Assembly: GCF_006345805.1 (NCBI RefSeq)
Contig: NC_043006.1
Location: 78,430,001 to 78,494,000, forward strand
DNA from: Octopus sinensis
Taxonomy: Eukaryota
Direction of reading: 5' to 3'
DNA: 64,000 nucleotides
Made by a program: the position numbers and the translations under genes. Below the pieces are notes generated by a model that saw nothing but the letters and a program-made list of their open reading frames with translations, was not told the DNA's origin and did no database searches. This document shows positions 14,762 to 26,997 of the stretch, one piece after another; positions within the stretch are counted from its first letter, which is position 1, and the number at the start of each line of letters is the position of its first letter.

Positions 14762-14999
14762 CTGTAGAAATAAAATGAAATAGAATGAATTATAAATATG
14801 TGCAAAATTACAAGATATCATAATGAAATGTCATATATATATATATATATATATACATTTGTACGTATGTGTTTGTGTTATGTATATGTGCGTGTGTGTG
14901 TAGCTGTATACGTATGTGGATGTGTGCGTGTGCTTGCGCGCTCGAGTTCTGTTTTAATTATTTGAATTCTTCCTCTGTAGAAGGAGCTTGTTTCTTACA

Positions 15000-15230
15000 A
15001 AGATACAAATCTCCATCTTTGGAAAGTAGATACTAACGTCACGTTTTATACCCGAGGAAATTTTTACACACTTTCACTGTTCGACTTACAGACTGTATTT
15101 GTAATGTGCGAGTTACATGGTTGATTTCTTTTTCTGAAAACTCTATCGTATCTAGATTGTAACTTAGGTGTTTATTTACAAAAGCAAGTGCACTGATTAT
15201 TGGTATAAATGTGAGAGGATCCATTACAAC
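15000..15230 (-). mobile_element. 3' end fragment of an R4-like LINE ORF
   Basis: FIPIISAL...TRTLQIQSVSRTVKVCKNFL parallels the C-terminus at 9305-9574 (IQRLQIQSIIGTVKICKTC). Confidence 0.6.
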
Positions 15231-15289
15231 CGTTGGAAAAAAACATCAACTAAATAACGAAATCAAAGAGAGGTTTATCTTCATTACTT

Positions 15290-15880
15290 AGGAAAATAGC
15301 CAGAGATGATTGTAGAAAGATAATCCAACAAGATCTAGAAAAGTCATACGTGAAAGAATTTGAAATGGTGAAGACACGCCGGTTTAAGAAGTTTATGAAA
15401 CTCAAAGGTCAGAGCATGAAGACTGAAGTCCGTCACCCACCCGTGAAAGCAGTAATTAATGTAAAGAACTGACATTTAGAAAGCTCTGAAGAAGAAGTAC
15501 TACACAAAGGTCCCAACTTTGCGACAAACATCAAGCGCATTCTATACTTGGACATAATATCCCCTAATGAAGTGATAGCCATAAAGATACCAAAAGCTCA
15601 GGGAGATGAACTAAGGTGGAAAGTGAGACAGGTACTAGAAAAGCGAAATTTCTCAAACGAAGCATTACTAAGGAAGAAAAAGTTCGCTATCAGAAGACTA
15701 CAGAGTGACAATTCCATCGTAATATTTCTAGCGGACAAGGTAAATGCTACAGTGGTGATGAACAAGTCTGACTATTCTAAAAAATTGGCAAGTCTTATAA
15801 GTCTTTCAACAGCAAAGAAAAGAAAGACTCAACTTTGAAAACAGAGAGGAAGTTTCACAGATCTTGATCAAGAACAAGGA
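15290..15880 (+). mobile_element. Penelope-like element, N-terminal RT-flanking region
   Basis: EVLHKGPNFA...AIRRLQSDNSIVIFLADKVNATVVMNKSDY matches the Penelope L..D..I.I..ADKG...VV...DY motif. Confidence 0.7.
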
Positions 15881-16541
15881 TTTAGGTGGATTTAGGTGAC
15901 GGAGGATGTGTAGAAGCCTATCACATGAGCTGTACCTGCAACGGAAAATTATTAAGTTGCAGTGATTGTATTGCTCTTATTTTTAACTCATGAATAGGCT
16001 ACATTACGGGTACATGTGGTTTCGGAATTTCCAAAACTGTACATTATATAATAGAACGGGTAGGCAATTTCTTTGGTTGAATAAATGGAATAGTTTTATT
16101 TATCGTTGAGACCAACACAGAAACCAATTACAGGTAATATATTGGTGTTTCGAAAACATTTCCACGTCAAAAGGAGTACAAAATCTGTATAACCAGTTGA
16201 TCTCCTGCCTCTAACACAGAAGTGGGTATGTGGCCAATACACGCAACATTCTCCGATTCTATGAAGGAACCTCTATGTGGACGGAGATTTGATATTCTAG
16301 AAATAGCAGTTAAATCTACCTGAACCCAAGCATAGTAATGTGCGAATATGATTGACAAATGGAGAGTGATGGTCTGACTGTTTTGAATATACGTATACCC
16401 GTGTCAGAGCTGATCAGTATTGCTCTAAATAACTGCAACAACAACCCCACCAAATTACCAAGAACACTAAACTCTAAACTGAGACAAGCAAAGATGATTT
16501 GCTCCAGCATAGCCACAGACTTAGTGCTGAAACGTATAGAG

Positions 16542-16581
<40 letters not shown>

Positions 16582-16595
16582 TTAAAATGCTTTAA

Positions 16596-17757
16596 AATGT
16601 TTTAGCCCGAAGGCCGCGGCCATGCTGGGGCACCACCGCTGAATGAGCTACACTAATTTGTGAATCCACCTCTGATACGTGGCACTTGATCAACAAGGGG
16701 GTTCGATGCTGCTGCCCGCATCTGTGTCTCCTGTCGTGAGGTAGGTTCATCTGGGACTCCCAAGAAGAGATTCAGTTTAGTTTTAAAGAAACCCACATCC
16801 ACACCATGTAAGTCTCTCAGGCATTTAGGGAGGATGTTAAAGAGCTGTGGTCCTCTGAAACCCAAGCTGTTGCAGTATCTGGACCTGTATTTTGATGGTG
16901 ATGTTGGAGTCCTTGACACCACGCAGCGGCGCCCCGTTCTGCGGTTGGGGTAACTTTGAATGCCAAAGTTTGGGACAAGACCCTCCAGGATTTTCCAGAT
17001 GTATATCACCGCATATCTCTCCCGCCTCCGCTCTAGGGAGAAGAGGTTTAATACCTTCAGTCTTTCCCAGTAGCTGATATTTTGCATTGAGACGATTTTC
17101 TTTGTGTAGCCTCTCTGAATTGCTTCGAGTTCTGCTGTTAGTTTTATATTGTGTGATGACCACAGTTGGGAGCAGTAGTCCAAGCGGCTGAGGACGAATG
17201 TTTTCCATAGGACCATCAGTGTCTCCTTCTCTCTTGTTCTGAAAGTTCGGAGAATTCATCCAGCCATCCGTCTGCATTTTATCACCAGATTAGCAATATG
17301 CACTTGGAAAGATGCATCATTGCTCATGTCAATGCCCAGGTCACGCACTGATTTTGACTCAGGGATTGCAATTCTTCCTGGGCCAGTGTATCCAGTCTGC
17401 ACGTCGTTTACCTTTGTGTGCCAGTAGCGCAGGGCCTGGAACTTACCTGCATTAAACTGCATGTTGTTGTCCTCAGCCCACCTGTATATTGTGTCCAATT
17501 CCTGTTGCAGATGCACAATATTTTCAGGGTTTTGTATTGCGTGGGAGACTTTTGTGTCATCTGCATAGCTAGCAAGGGTGGTCATCGTAGCAACTGAAGG
17601 CATGTCTGAAAGGGCCACTATGAACATCAGTGGCCCCAAGACAGTGCCCTGTGGGACACCGCTTGCTATTTGTGTTTCCTTGGAGGTGGCTCCATTGCTC
17701 ACAACTGCCTGTTTTCTGTCTTTTAGGAAGTTGTGCAGCCACTCTCCAAGTTTTCCA
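16596..17757 (-). mobile_element. CR1/Jockey-group LINE, RT C-terminal half
   Basis: SGVPQGTVLGPLMF...YADDTK...MQFNAGKF; LSRLDYCSQLWS...LFSLERRRERY. Same family as 5577-5955 (-), 33908-34085 (+) and 35885-36223 (-). Confidence 0.88.
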
Positions 17758-17793
17758 TATATATATATGTTTGTATGTATGTATGTATGTATG

Positions 17794-17827
<34 letters not shown>

Positions 17828-17878
17828 TGTATGTATGTATGTATGTATGTATATATATATATATGCATATATATACAT

Positions 17879-17916
<38 letters not shown>

Positions 17917-18863
17917 TATATATATATATATATACATATATGTCAGATTTCTTCCTACATACATTAATTTAAATTTACATAGTTCTATATATATATGCAT
18001 GTGCGTGTATCTGCGTGTGTACATGGGCATGCAGGCATGCATGAATATATATATCTGGGAGAGGCTATGTGTATCTCTGGACCATCGAATAATGAAGGTC
18101 GGATAATAAAACTTCACATATGCATGCTAACATGAGGAACAAAATAAACAGCCACAACATCTAATACACTCATACCAGACACGCAGAAGCACGCGTTAAC
18201 AGTAAGTGATTTGAAATTGCCGCCGTCTACTAAATTCAAGCAAGGCAGATGGATGTACTAGCATCGAAGTCGAAGGTTTTGTAACTAATGGGGACAGCAA
18301 TTGAATATCACCTGAAGAAATACAACTGTATTCCATTTTACAGGTAAACCGTTGCATAATAAAATTCCTGTATCTCTGAAGAAATTTGTTGTATGGAAAC
18401 ATGTGTAGTATTTAGAAAATAACTGTCTAACCGTACTCCTTGTTGACTCTATCTTATTCAATTATATATATATATATTTCAAGATGTAACGACATGTGAA
18501 TGCTAGCGATTATTTTTTTCCTCCGTCTTCCTTTTCTCTTGGACTTTTCTCTCTCTCCTGTTTCAGAAGAAGAGCTTTACAGCTTTACTCTTCTTTCCTT
18601 CCCTGAGCATCTGCTAATACTTTGCATGTACTACGTCCACGCGTTGTTGTTTTTTTGTGTTTGTTCTTCGTTTGTTTGGGGTTTTTTGGGGTTTTTTTGA
18701 GGGGGTAGATTTACTCTATATATCGTGCAGTATATTTGCCACCTAAATGTGACTAACTCTTAGGGGTCACATGATCTAACACCACTTAGAATAGTAAAAA
18801 GACAATGGAAAGGGAAACAGACAATGGAAAAGGAAAAACACAACGGAAAAGGAAAAAAAAACA

Positions 18864-19640
18864 ATGGAAAAGGAAAAAGAGAATCAGCTAGCATTCCTGG
18901 ACGTATTAATAACACGCACTAAGTATGGATTCAGGACATCCGTATACTGCAAGCCGACCTTCATTGGACGACACCTCAACTTCAATTCTCACCATCCATA
19001 CAGCGTAAAGAGAGAGAATGCTCAGTGCCTAAAACATCGTGCAAAGAATATAAGTAGCGATCGTAATACACACCACGAAGAAATGACCAAGGTCAATAAC
19101 AATCTATTAAGCATCAACTACTCCAAAAGCATATTACCCACCCCAATTATGAAAAAAAAAAGAGACGATGAAACCAATAGATTGTCCACAGTCTGTCTAC
19201 CATATGTGAAAGGCCTCTCCGAAAACATACAAAAGATGTGCGGCCCATATGACATCAGGACAGTATTCAAGAGTAATACAACACTTCGCAAATATCTCCT
19301 TCGAGTAAAACCACCAATAGAAGAGAATATGACCAAACACAGCATGTACTCCATCCCATGCAGCTGTGGTAGGTTATACAAAAAAAAAAGACATGCCGCC
19401 CCCTGAAAATAAGGGTAGATGAACATAGCAAAGCTCTGACACGAGGAGATAAATCGGGTATAGCTGATCACGTATGAAAAAAATGAAGAGCACCTCCTCC
19501 TGTGGGATGAAGTTAAAATAATAGACAGAGAAAACCACTGGAAAATACGAAAACTAAAAGAAGCAGCATATATGTTAGGGCACAACAACATCCTAAGCAG
19601 ACCTAGCGCAGATATGAGTAGTATATGGGAACCGGTATCA
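18864..19640 (+). mobile_element. Penelope-like element, RT C-terminus plus GIY-YIG endonuclease, decayed
   Basis: EKENQLAFLDVLI...SVYCKPT...LNFNSHHP; LPYVKGLSE; YSIPCSCGRLY; PLKIRVDEH...SGIADH; KIRKLKEAAY. Confidence 0.85.
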
Positions 19641-19904
19641 AGGCGACGATCTGGCAGAAACGTTAGCACGCCGGGCGAAATGGTTAGGAGTATTTCGTCT
19701 GCCGCTACGTTCTGAGTTCAAATTCCGCCGAGGTCGACTTTGCCTTTCATCTTTTCGGGGTCGATTAAATAAGTACCAGTTACACACTGGGGTCCATATA
19801 ATCGACTTAATCCATTTGTCCGTCTTTGTTTGTCCTCTCTGTGTTTAGCCCCTTGTGGGTAGTAAAGAAAGAGGTATTAAGGAAGGATAGGAAAATATTA
19901 CATT

Positions 19905-20206
19905 TATAAGCCCTAAAATTCACTCCGTAATTTCCCACGGGCATATGCCGTAGTGGTTAAGAGCTCGGGCTACTAACCCAAGATTCTGAGTTTGATTACA
20001 AGCACTGACATGAATAAAAAAGATAATAATAAAATCGAAAAATACCTTAGGAATGAGAATCCATGTTCGAAATTTCGCCAAGACACCTGATGAAGGCTGG
20101 AGGGTATATCAGCCAAAATGTTTTAACAAAAAGATGAGGACAAACATCCGCCAAATGTAAATAATGTAAATAATATACATAATTCCTCATCTCTTAAATA
20201 TAGAAC
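19905..20206 (+). mobile_element. tRNA-head/hammerhead-tail SINE-like element, copy C
   Basis: Same leader, head and tail as copy B with a short A-rich linker; the hammerhead GAAA motif is mutated (CAGCC AAAATG). Confidence 0.75.
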
Positions 20207-20250
20207 TTTGTATGTTGGCAGGTAGGTATTCATACATATATAAACACACA

Positions 20251-20311
<61 letters not shown>

Positions 20312-20667
20312 ACACATGCATAGACATGTAAACCTATATATATGTATGATTAGAGCGTCTGGCTCACAATCATGAGGTAGTGAGTTCGATTCACGGATCG
20401 GGCTGTGCGTTATGTTCTTGAGCAGCACACTTTTTGCACAATTCTTCAGTTCACTCAGCTGTAGAAATGAGTTGCTACTTCAAGGTGCGAAGCTGTATCG
20501 GCCTTTGCCTTTCCCTTGGACAACATTAGTGGCGTGGAGCGGGGAGGCTGGTTTGCATTGGTTACTACTGGTCTTCCATAAAACAACCTTGCATGGGCTT
20601 GTGTCTTAGAGGGGAACTTTCTAGGTGCAATCGCATGGTCACTCATGACTGAAGAGAGTCTTCACCC

Positions 20668-20699
<32 letters not shown>

Positions 20700-20829
20700 C
20701 ATACATACATACAATGCATATATACAATGCATATATACAATGCATATATAAATACATATATATATATAGATAGATATTGCCTATATTTATATTGAATGAA
20801 TGCGGATATTACGTTTTTACTTCTATATT

Positions 20830-21215
20830 GTGGAGGCGCAATGGCCCAGTGGTTAGGGCAGCGGACTCGCGGTCGTAGGATCGCGGTTTCGATTCCCAGA
20901 CCGGACGTTGTGAGTGTTTATTGAGCGAAAACACCTAAAGCTCCACGAGGCTCCGGCAGGGGATGGTGGTGATCCCTGCTGTACTCTTTCACCACAACTT
21001 TCTCTCACTCTTTCTTCCTGTTTCTGTTGTACCTGTATTTCAAAGGGCCGGCCTTGTCACTCTCTATGTCACGCTGAATATCCCCGAGAACTACGTTAAA
21101 GGTACACGTGTCTGTGGAGTGCTCAGCCACTTACACGTTAAGTTCACGAGCAGGCTGTTCCGTTGATTCGGATCAACCGGAACCCTCATCGTCGTAACCG
21201 ACGGAGAACTTCCAC
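20830..21215 (+). mobile_element. tRNA-derived SINE family 2, full copy
   Basis: Head GGAGGCGCAATGGCCCAGTGGTTAGGGCAGCGGACTCGCGG...GGTTTCGATTCC. Near-identical reverse copy at 42408-42792; fragments at about 12315-12520 and 39654-39738. Confidence 0.85.
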
Positions 21216-21461
21216 TTCTATATTATACTATGGATGATTGAAGGGAATAAAATGTTTGGTTTCTGTTTAGTTACATATTTAAGAGTTGGTTATTGATTTA
21301 CTTACTGAATTTTTTTACTGATACTGTTGTACATAAGTTAAATGCGTTTCAAAGTTTGTTTGGTATGTTTGTTCCCAAACAACTCTTATTTCAGTGCTGT
21401 TGACTCCACCGGATTGAATGGTACTGCCCAGATGTCGAACACGTCATTTTGATATATATAC

Positions 21462-21674
21462 TCTCTTACTTGTTTCAGTCATTTGACTGCGGCCATGCTG
21501 GAACACCGCCTTTAGTCGAGCAACTCGACTCCGGGACTTATTCTTTTGTAAGCCCAGTACTTATTCTATCGGTCTCTTTTGCCGAACCGCTAAGCAACGG
21601 GGACGTAAACACACCAGCATCGGTTGCCAAGCAATGCTAGGGGGACAAACACAGACACAAAAACACACACACGC

Positions 21675-21711
<37 letters not shown>

Positions 21712-21862
21712 GACGGGCTTCTTTCAGTTTCCGTCTACCAAATCCACTCACAAGGCTTTGGTCGGCCCGAGGCTATAGTAGAAGACACTGTCCAAGGTGA
21801 CACGCAGTGGGACTGAACCCGGAACCGTGTGGCTGGTAAACAAGCTACTTTCACACAGCCAC
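21462..21862 (-). mobile_element. tRNA-derived SINE family 1, full copy (head re-duplicated at about 22263-22417)
   Basis: Homology to the other family 1 copies. Confidence 0.85.
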
Positions 21863-22212
21863 TATATATATTATGTTATTATTTTTATTGTATTTATATT
21901 TGTGAACTTTGTCCGTTTTTCCGTCCTTGTCTTTTGTATATATTCGTTGCATTCTTCCAAGGAATCTAATGCTGTTAACTTAGTTTTTCCTTAGGGCTGG
22001 CCAGATTGGATCAATCTCAACAATAATCAGCCGAATTGCGAGGATAATCTGATGCTTCACTGAGGATAGAGGGCTTCCAATGACCCGTCCTGTTTTCTTT
22101 GTATCGTCTATCTGGATGTTTTGTTGCCCCTTTTTGTATGACCTAGCTGTCCGGATGATTTGCTTTCTTGTTCCATTGTGTATTCATATATGTATATATA
22201 TATATTATATAT

Positions 22213-22265
<53 letters not shown>

Positions 22266-22745
22266 GACGGGCTTCTTTCAGTTTCCGTCTACCAAATCCA
22301 CTCACAAGGCTTTGGTCGGCCCGAGGCTATAGTAGAAGACACTGTCCCAAGGTGACACGCAGTGGGACTGAACCCGGAACCGTGTGGCTGGTAAACAAGC
22401 TACTTTCCACACAGCCACTATATATATTATGTTATTATTTTTATTGTATTTATATTTGTGTAACTTTGTCCGTTTTTTCCGTCCTTGTCTTTTGTATATA
22501 TTCGTTGCATTCTTCCAAGGAATCTAATGCTGTTAACTTAGTTTTTCCTTAGGGCTGGCCAGATTGGATCAATCTCAACAATAATCAGCCGAAATTGCGA
22601 GGATAATCTGATGCTTCACTGAGGATAGAGGGCTTCCAATGACCCGTCCTTGTTTTCTTTGTATCGTCTATCTGGATGTTTTGTTGCCCCTTTTTGTATG
22701 ACCTAGCTGTCCGGATTGGATTGCTTTCTATGTCCATTGTGTATT
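21700..22745. repeat. Near-identical tandem duplication, period about 553 bp
   Basis: acgacgggcttctttcag at 21711 and 22264; the downstream sequences stay aligned for about 480 bp. Confidence 0.9.
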
Positions 22746-22914
22746 CATATATGTATAGTGACGTATATTGCCATCTCAATATGGCTACCCCTAAGGGTGG
22801 ATGCTACTGTAGTTTTTAGCCCCAGGAGGACACACTCCTCCAGCTGGCCATAGACACACTTTCTGTGTCCTGTCAGTATTTGCAAAGGGAAGTCATCCTT
22901 CCCGTCTTCAACTT

Positions 22915-22979
22915 ATGATACACACGGACTCGAGTTTCGAGGTATTGACCTCTCGTCAGCGTGTGCGTGTGACAATCAT
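22915..22979 (-). ncRNA. Type I hammerhead ribozyme, family B, downstream tandem copy
   Basis: Same core and helices as 23276-23334, with a 6-bp duplication in the distal helix I strand; predicted cleavage after 22927. Confidence 0.85.
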
Positions 22980-23275
22980 AGTTGTCGGGAGAATTAGATT
23001 TCCTTCACAAATACTTATACTTTTTCCAGCGTCCACTGTCGCTGATATTGAAAAAGTGAAATCAAACAATGATAAATATCAAAGTGAGTTATATACAGTA
23101 GCGCGGTAACACATCGTGACGTATATTTGCCATCTCAATATGGCTACCCCTAAGGGTGGATGCTACTGTAGTTTTTAGCACCGCCAGGAGGACACACTCC
23201 TCCAGCTGGACATAGACACACTTTCTGTGTCTGTCAGTATTTGCAAAGGGAAGTCATCCTACCCGTCTTCAACTT

Positions 23276-23334
23276 ATGATACACACGGACTCGAGTTTCG
23301 AGGTATTGACCTCTCGTCAGCGTGTGACAATCAT
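23276..23334 (-). ncRNA. Type I hammerhead ribozyme, family B, upstream tandem copy
   Basis: Exact reverse complement of 23717-23775; predicted GUC cleavage after 23288 on the minus strand. Confidence 0.88.
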
Positions 23335-23716
23335 AGTTGTCGGCGAGAATTAGATTTCCTTCACAAATACTTATACTTTTTCCAGCGTCCACTACATATA
23401 TATATATTAATAAAAGGAGTTCCAGCCTTGTCTAATTTTTACGTTTTATTTACAATCTTATAATGATATACTATAAGATAATATAATATAATAAAATAAA
23501 ATAATAGAATGTTAAATGATCATTCTGATTGAACTAGTACTTTCATGCATTAAATTCTGCAATCTTCAGGTTCATGTAGTAGTGGTGACAGTCATGCTTC
23601 ACAATTTTTTACTGTAGCGAGATGATTAAATACAGTATTTAAGGCACAGAAAAAGTATAAGTATTTGTGAAAAAGTATAAGTATTTGTGAAGGAAATCTA
23701 ATTCTCGCCGACAACT

Positions 23717-23775
23717 ATGATTGTCACACGCTGACGAGAGGTCAATACCTCGAAACTCGAGTCCGTGTGTATCAT
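23717..23775 (+). ncRNA. Type I hammerhead ribozyme, family B, inverted third copy
   Basis: ATGAT TGT CACACG CTGACGA GAGG TCAATA CCTC GAA ACTCGAGT C CGTGTG T ATCAT. Helix I CACACG/CGTGTG plus ATGAT/ATCAT; intact core CUGACGA...GAAA; helix II GAGG/CCTC; palindromic helix III; GUC cleavage after 23763. Confidence 0.88.
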
Positions 23776-24275
23776 AAGTTGAAGACGGGAAGGATGACTT
23801 CCCTTTGCAAATACTGACAGGACACAGAAAGTGTGTCTATGGCCAGCTGGAGGAGTGTGTCCTCCTGGGGCTAAAAACTACAGTAGCATCCACCCTTAGG
23901 GGTAGCCATATTGAGATGGCAAATATACGTCACTATACATATATGAAATACACAATGGAACAAGAAAGCAAATCATCCGGACAGCTAGGTCATACAAAAA
24001 GGGGCAACAAAACATCCAGATAGACGATACAAAGAAAACAAGGACGGGTCATTGGAAGCCCTCTATCCTCAGTGAAGCATCAGATTATCCTCGCAATTTC
24101 GGCTGATTATTGTTGAGATTGATCCAATCAGACAAGGTTGAAACTCTGTTTATTAATATGTTCTTCTATACACAATCACACACACCCGTATATATATATA
24201 TATATAATATATATATATATATATGTACACACCCACATACATATATATATATATATATTTATACACATACATAAG

Positions 24276-24663
24276 GCGCAGGAGTGGTTGTGTGGTAAGT
24301 AGCTTGCTTACCAACCACATGGTTCCGGGTTCAGTCCCACTGCGTGGCATCTTGGGCAAGTGTCTTCTGCTATAGCCCCGGTCGACCAATGCCTTGTGAG
24401 TGGATCTGGTAGACGGAAACTGAAAGAAGCCTGTCGTATATATGTATATATATTGTATGTGTGTGTGTTGTGTGTCTGTGTTTGTCCCCCTAGCATGCAT
24501 GACAACCGATGCTGGGTTGTTTACGTCCCCGTCACTTAGCGGTTCGGCAAAACCGATAGAATAAGTACTGGGCTTACAAAGAATAAGTCCCGGGGTCGAT
24601 TTGCTCGACTAAAGGCGGTGCTCCAGCATGGCCGCAGTCAAATGACTGAAACAAGTAAAAGAA
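24276..24663 (+). mobile_element. tRNA-derived SINE family 1, full copy followed by (GATA)n
   Basis: ggcgcaggagtggttgtgtggtaagtagc...gactgaaacaagtaaaag. Confidence 0.85.
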
Positions 24664-24672
24664 AAAAGAAAT

Positions 24673-24764
<92 letters not shown>

Positions 24765-25494
24765 GGCTGACAGTGATTTTCATGAGACTGAATGTCTTCA
24801 TTTTTTTGTTGGGTGGCGGGTATATATCCTTAGAAGGCTGATTTTTTGAAAGGTGAAATAATGGGAATGGTAATTAGATGCCGTATAGGTAGTCTATATG
24901 AAGTAATGGAGTAGAAGAGGATAGAATGTAAATGTGTTTATAAGGTGTGAATTGATATAAAGTTATATTAAGTGATCTATTTCGGTTTGATATAGGGTTT
25001 TTTTTTATTGCTTTATGTTCAGTGAGGCGTGGAAGTAAATATGTAAATTCGTGTCATATTCAGGTCATAATAGAATATAGAATATGCCACACATTTTTCG
25101 TTTGTTATGCTTTTGGAATATCTACGTTCGTTGTGTTTACGTTAAATTTTTGAAATATGTTTATATAACGCTACGCATTCCTGATTTTTTACTCATTCGT
25201 AAAATATTCTTAGAATATTTTTCTGTGCGACATCTGTTTGTGTGGCTTTCTCATTCTTTGCCTTTCCTTTGCTCTGTGCCATTCTCTTTCTCTCCCTTTT
25301 CCTCCCCAATTCTTTGATTCTTTCTTCGTTCTGACTTTCTATCTTTCCTTCTCTAGTCTCCAGTTGAGTGACAAGCTACAAATTTTCTGTTTGTTATGTT
25401 TTTGCAATATTTCCGTTGTAGAAGGTGCTGAAAAGGAACCACGAGTTGACATGTATAAGCAAAATAAGACAAGGTAGAAAATACTAAAATAATA

Positions 25495-25782
25495 TTATCA
25501 TGAACAACATTTTAGTACCGGTTTCAGACTTTGCGACTTTTTCAACTTAGAGCGTAAAGCATGAAAAAAAATTAAATTGTGGAAAAATTAAATGAAATTT
25601 TTTTTTTAATATTTAAAAAATTAAATTAGATGGTTTTTTTTAAATATTTGAAAAATGAAATGAAATGTTCTTTAAAAAACATTTCATTTCATTTTTCCAC
25701 AATTTAATTGTTTTTCATGCCCTACTTTATGTTGAAAAAGTCGTATAGACCGAAACCGGTACTAAAATGTTCTTAATGATAA
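25495..25782. repeat. About 290-bp inverted repeat (arms about 100 bp)
   Basis: ttatcatgaacaacattttagtaccggtttc versus gaaaccggtactaaaatgttcttaatgataa, and catgaaaaa...attaaattgtggaaaaat versus atttttccacaatttaattgtttttcatg. Confidence 0.85.
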
Positions 25783-26185
25783 AGTTAATTTAGCACTTTC
25801 TATCTTATTTTGCTTTTATATATATATTGTGATCGTGCTTTTCCAATAAGCTACCAGGCATAAATCATTCGTTTTATTATCTAATATATACATATGTATA
25901 TGTATATATATACGGGTGAGGTATATGAGTTGTTGATTCTGACTTTGTGTATGTATGTTTGTATATGTATATATGTATGTGTATGAATGTACCTGCATAG
26001 ATACTTACATAGATACTCTTGCATATATATGTATTGGTATATTGTCTATACATTTATACATTCTTATAGACTCAAATACTTATGGAAAAAGCATCATCCT
26101 TATGTATTAATCTGGAATTATAGGAAACGGACAGTATTTACACGCATGCATTTGTCAACACTCATCTAATAAAATATAAATAGCT

Positions 26186-26585
26186 AGGCGCAGTTGTGGT
26201 TGTGTGGTAAGAAGTTGCTTCGCAGCCACAAGGTTCAGGTTTCAGTCTCATTGCGTGGCACTTTGGGCAAGTGCCTTTTACTATAGCTTCTGGCCAACTA
26301 AAGCCTTGCCAATGGCTTTGGTAGACAGACACTGAAAGACACCCATCGTATATATGTGTATATATATTTCAATAAATTCGTGTCTTTGTCCCCCACCATC
26401 GCTTGACAACCGGTGTTGGTGTATTTGCATCCCCATAAATTAACGGTTCGGGAAAGAGATCGATAAAATACTACCAAGCTTTAAAAAAAATTAAAAAGTA
26501 CTGGGGTCGATTCATTCGACAAAAAATTCTGGAAGGCATTGCCCCAACCTGGCCGCAGTCTAATGACCGGAACAAGTAAAAGATG
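26186..26585 (+). mobile_element. tRNA-derived SINE family 1, diverged copy
   Basis: Homology to the other family 1 copies. Confidence 0.75.
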
Positions 26586-26997
26586 AAAGATAAAGAAGAA
26601 ACAGATTATAGACAGCTAAAACCTTTATCGTAACATAATCTCTTGAATCCAATAATTCCTAAAAAATTCTGTTTAAAATTTTCTTCATAGAAAGCTAGTA
26701 ACACCAACATGATATTTAACGTCATTCAAACCTATTTTGTGTGACCAATTGTATTATGTACAAGCATTCACCCAGTAATCATACACACTGATCTACCTAT
26801 AAAAATACAAACTGCCAAACATTATATAAACCCCAGCAGTATCAACATAAATCATGGTCTTAAGTAAGAAAGCTAAAACTTTGATTTTGCTATCAACCTT
26901 TTCCTTCTAAAACTTAATAAATACATATACTCCATTAACATGTTTTAAGTAACTTTGTTTAATGTTAAATTTTTGTATCTACATTAACATTTTAAAA

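Larger units (their letters stand above)
22561..24129. repeat. About 460-bp near-identical inverted duplication (22561-23025 versus 23669-24129)
   Basis: Direct reverse-complement reading; few differences, mostly single-base indels. Confidence 0.9.

Noticed and set aside
16140-16530. Possible BEL/Pao RT relic (RNLYVDGD)
   Set aside because: A single short motif among stops is insufficient.
20830-20905. tRNA gene (also at the other SINE heads)
   Set aside because: A and B boxes are present, but there is no complete acceptor stem and each head continues into a shared repeat body; these are SINE heads.
22000-22070. Hammerhead-like GGCTG...CAGCC GAA ATT...AAT C (also at about 3390-3440 - and 22550-22612)
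   Set aside because: The 5' core reads CCTTAGG or CCTTGGG instead of CUGANGA in all copies, and helix I does not pair.
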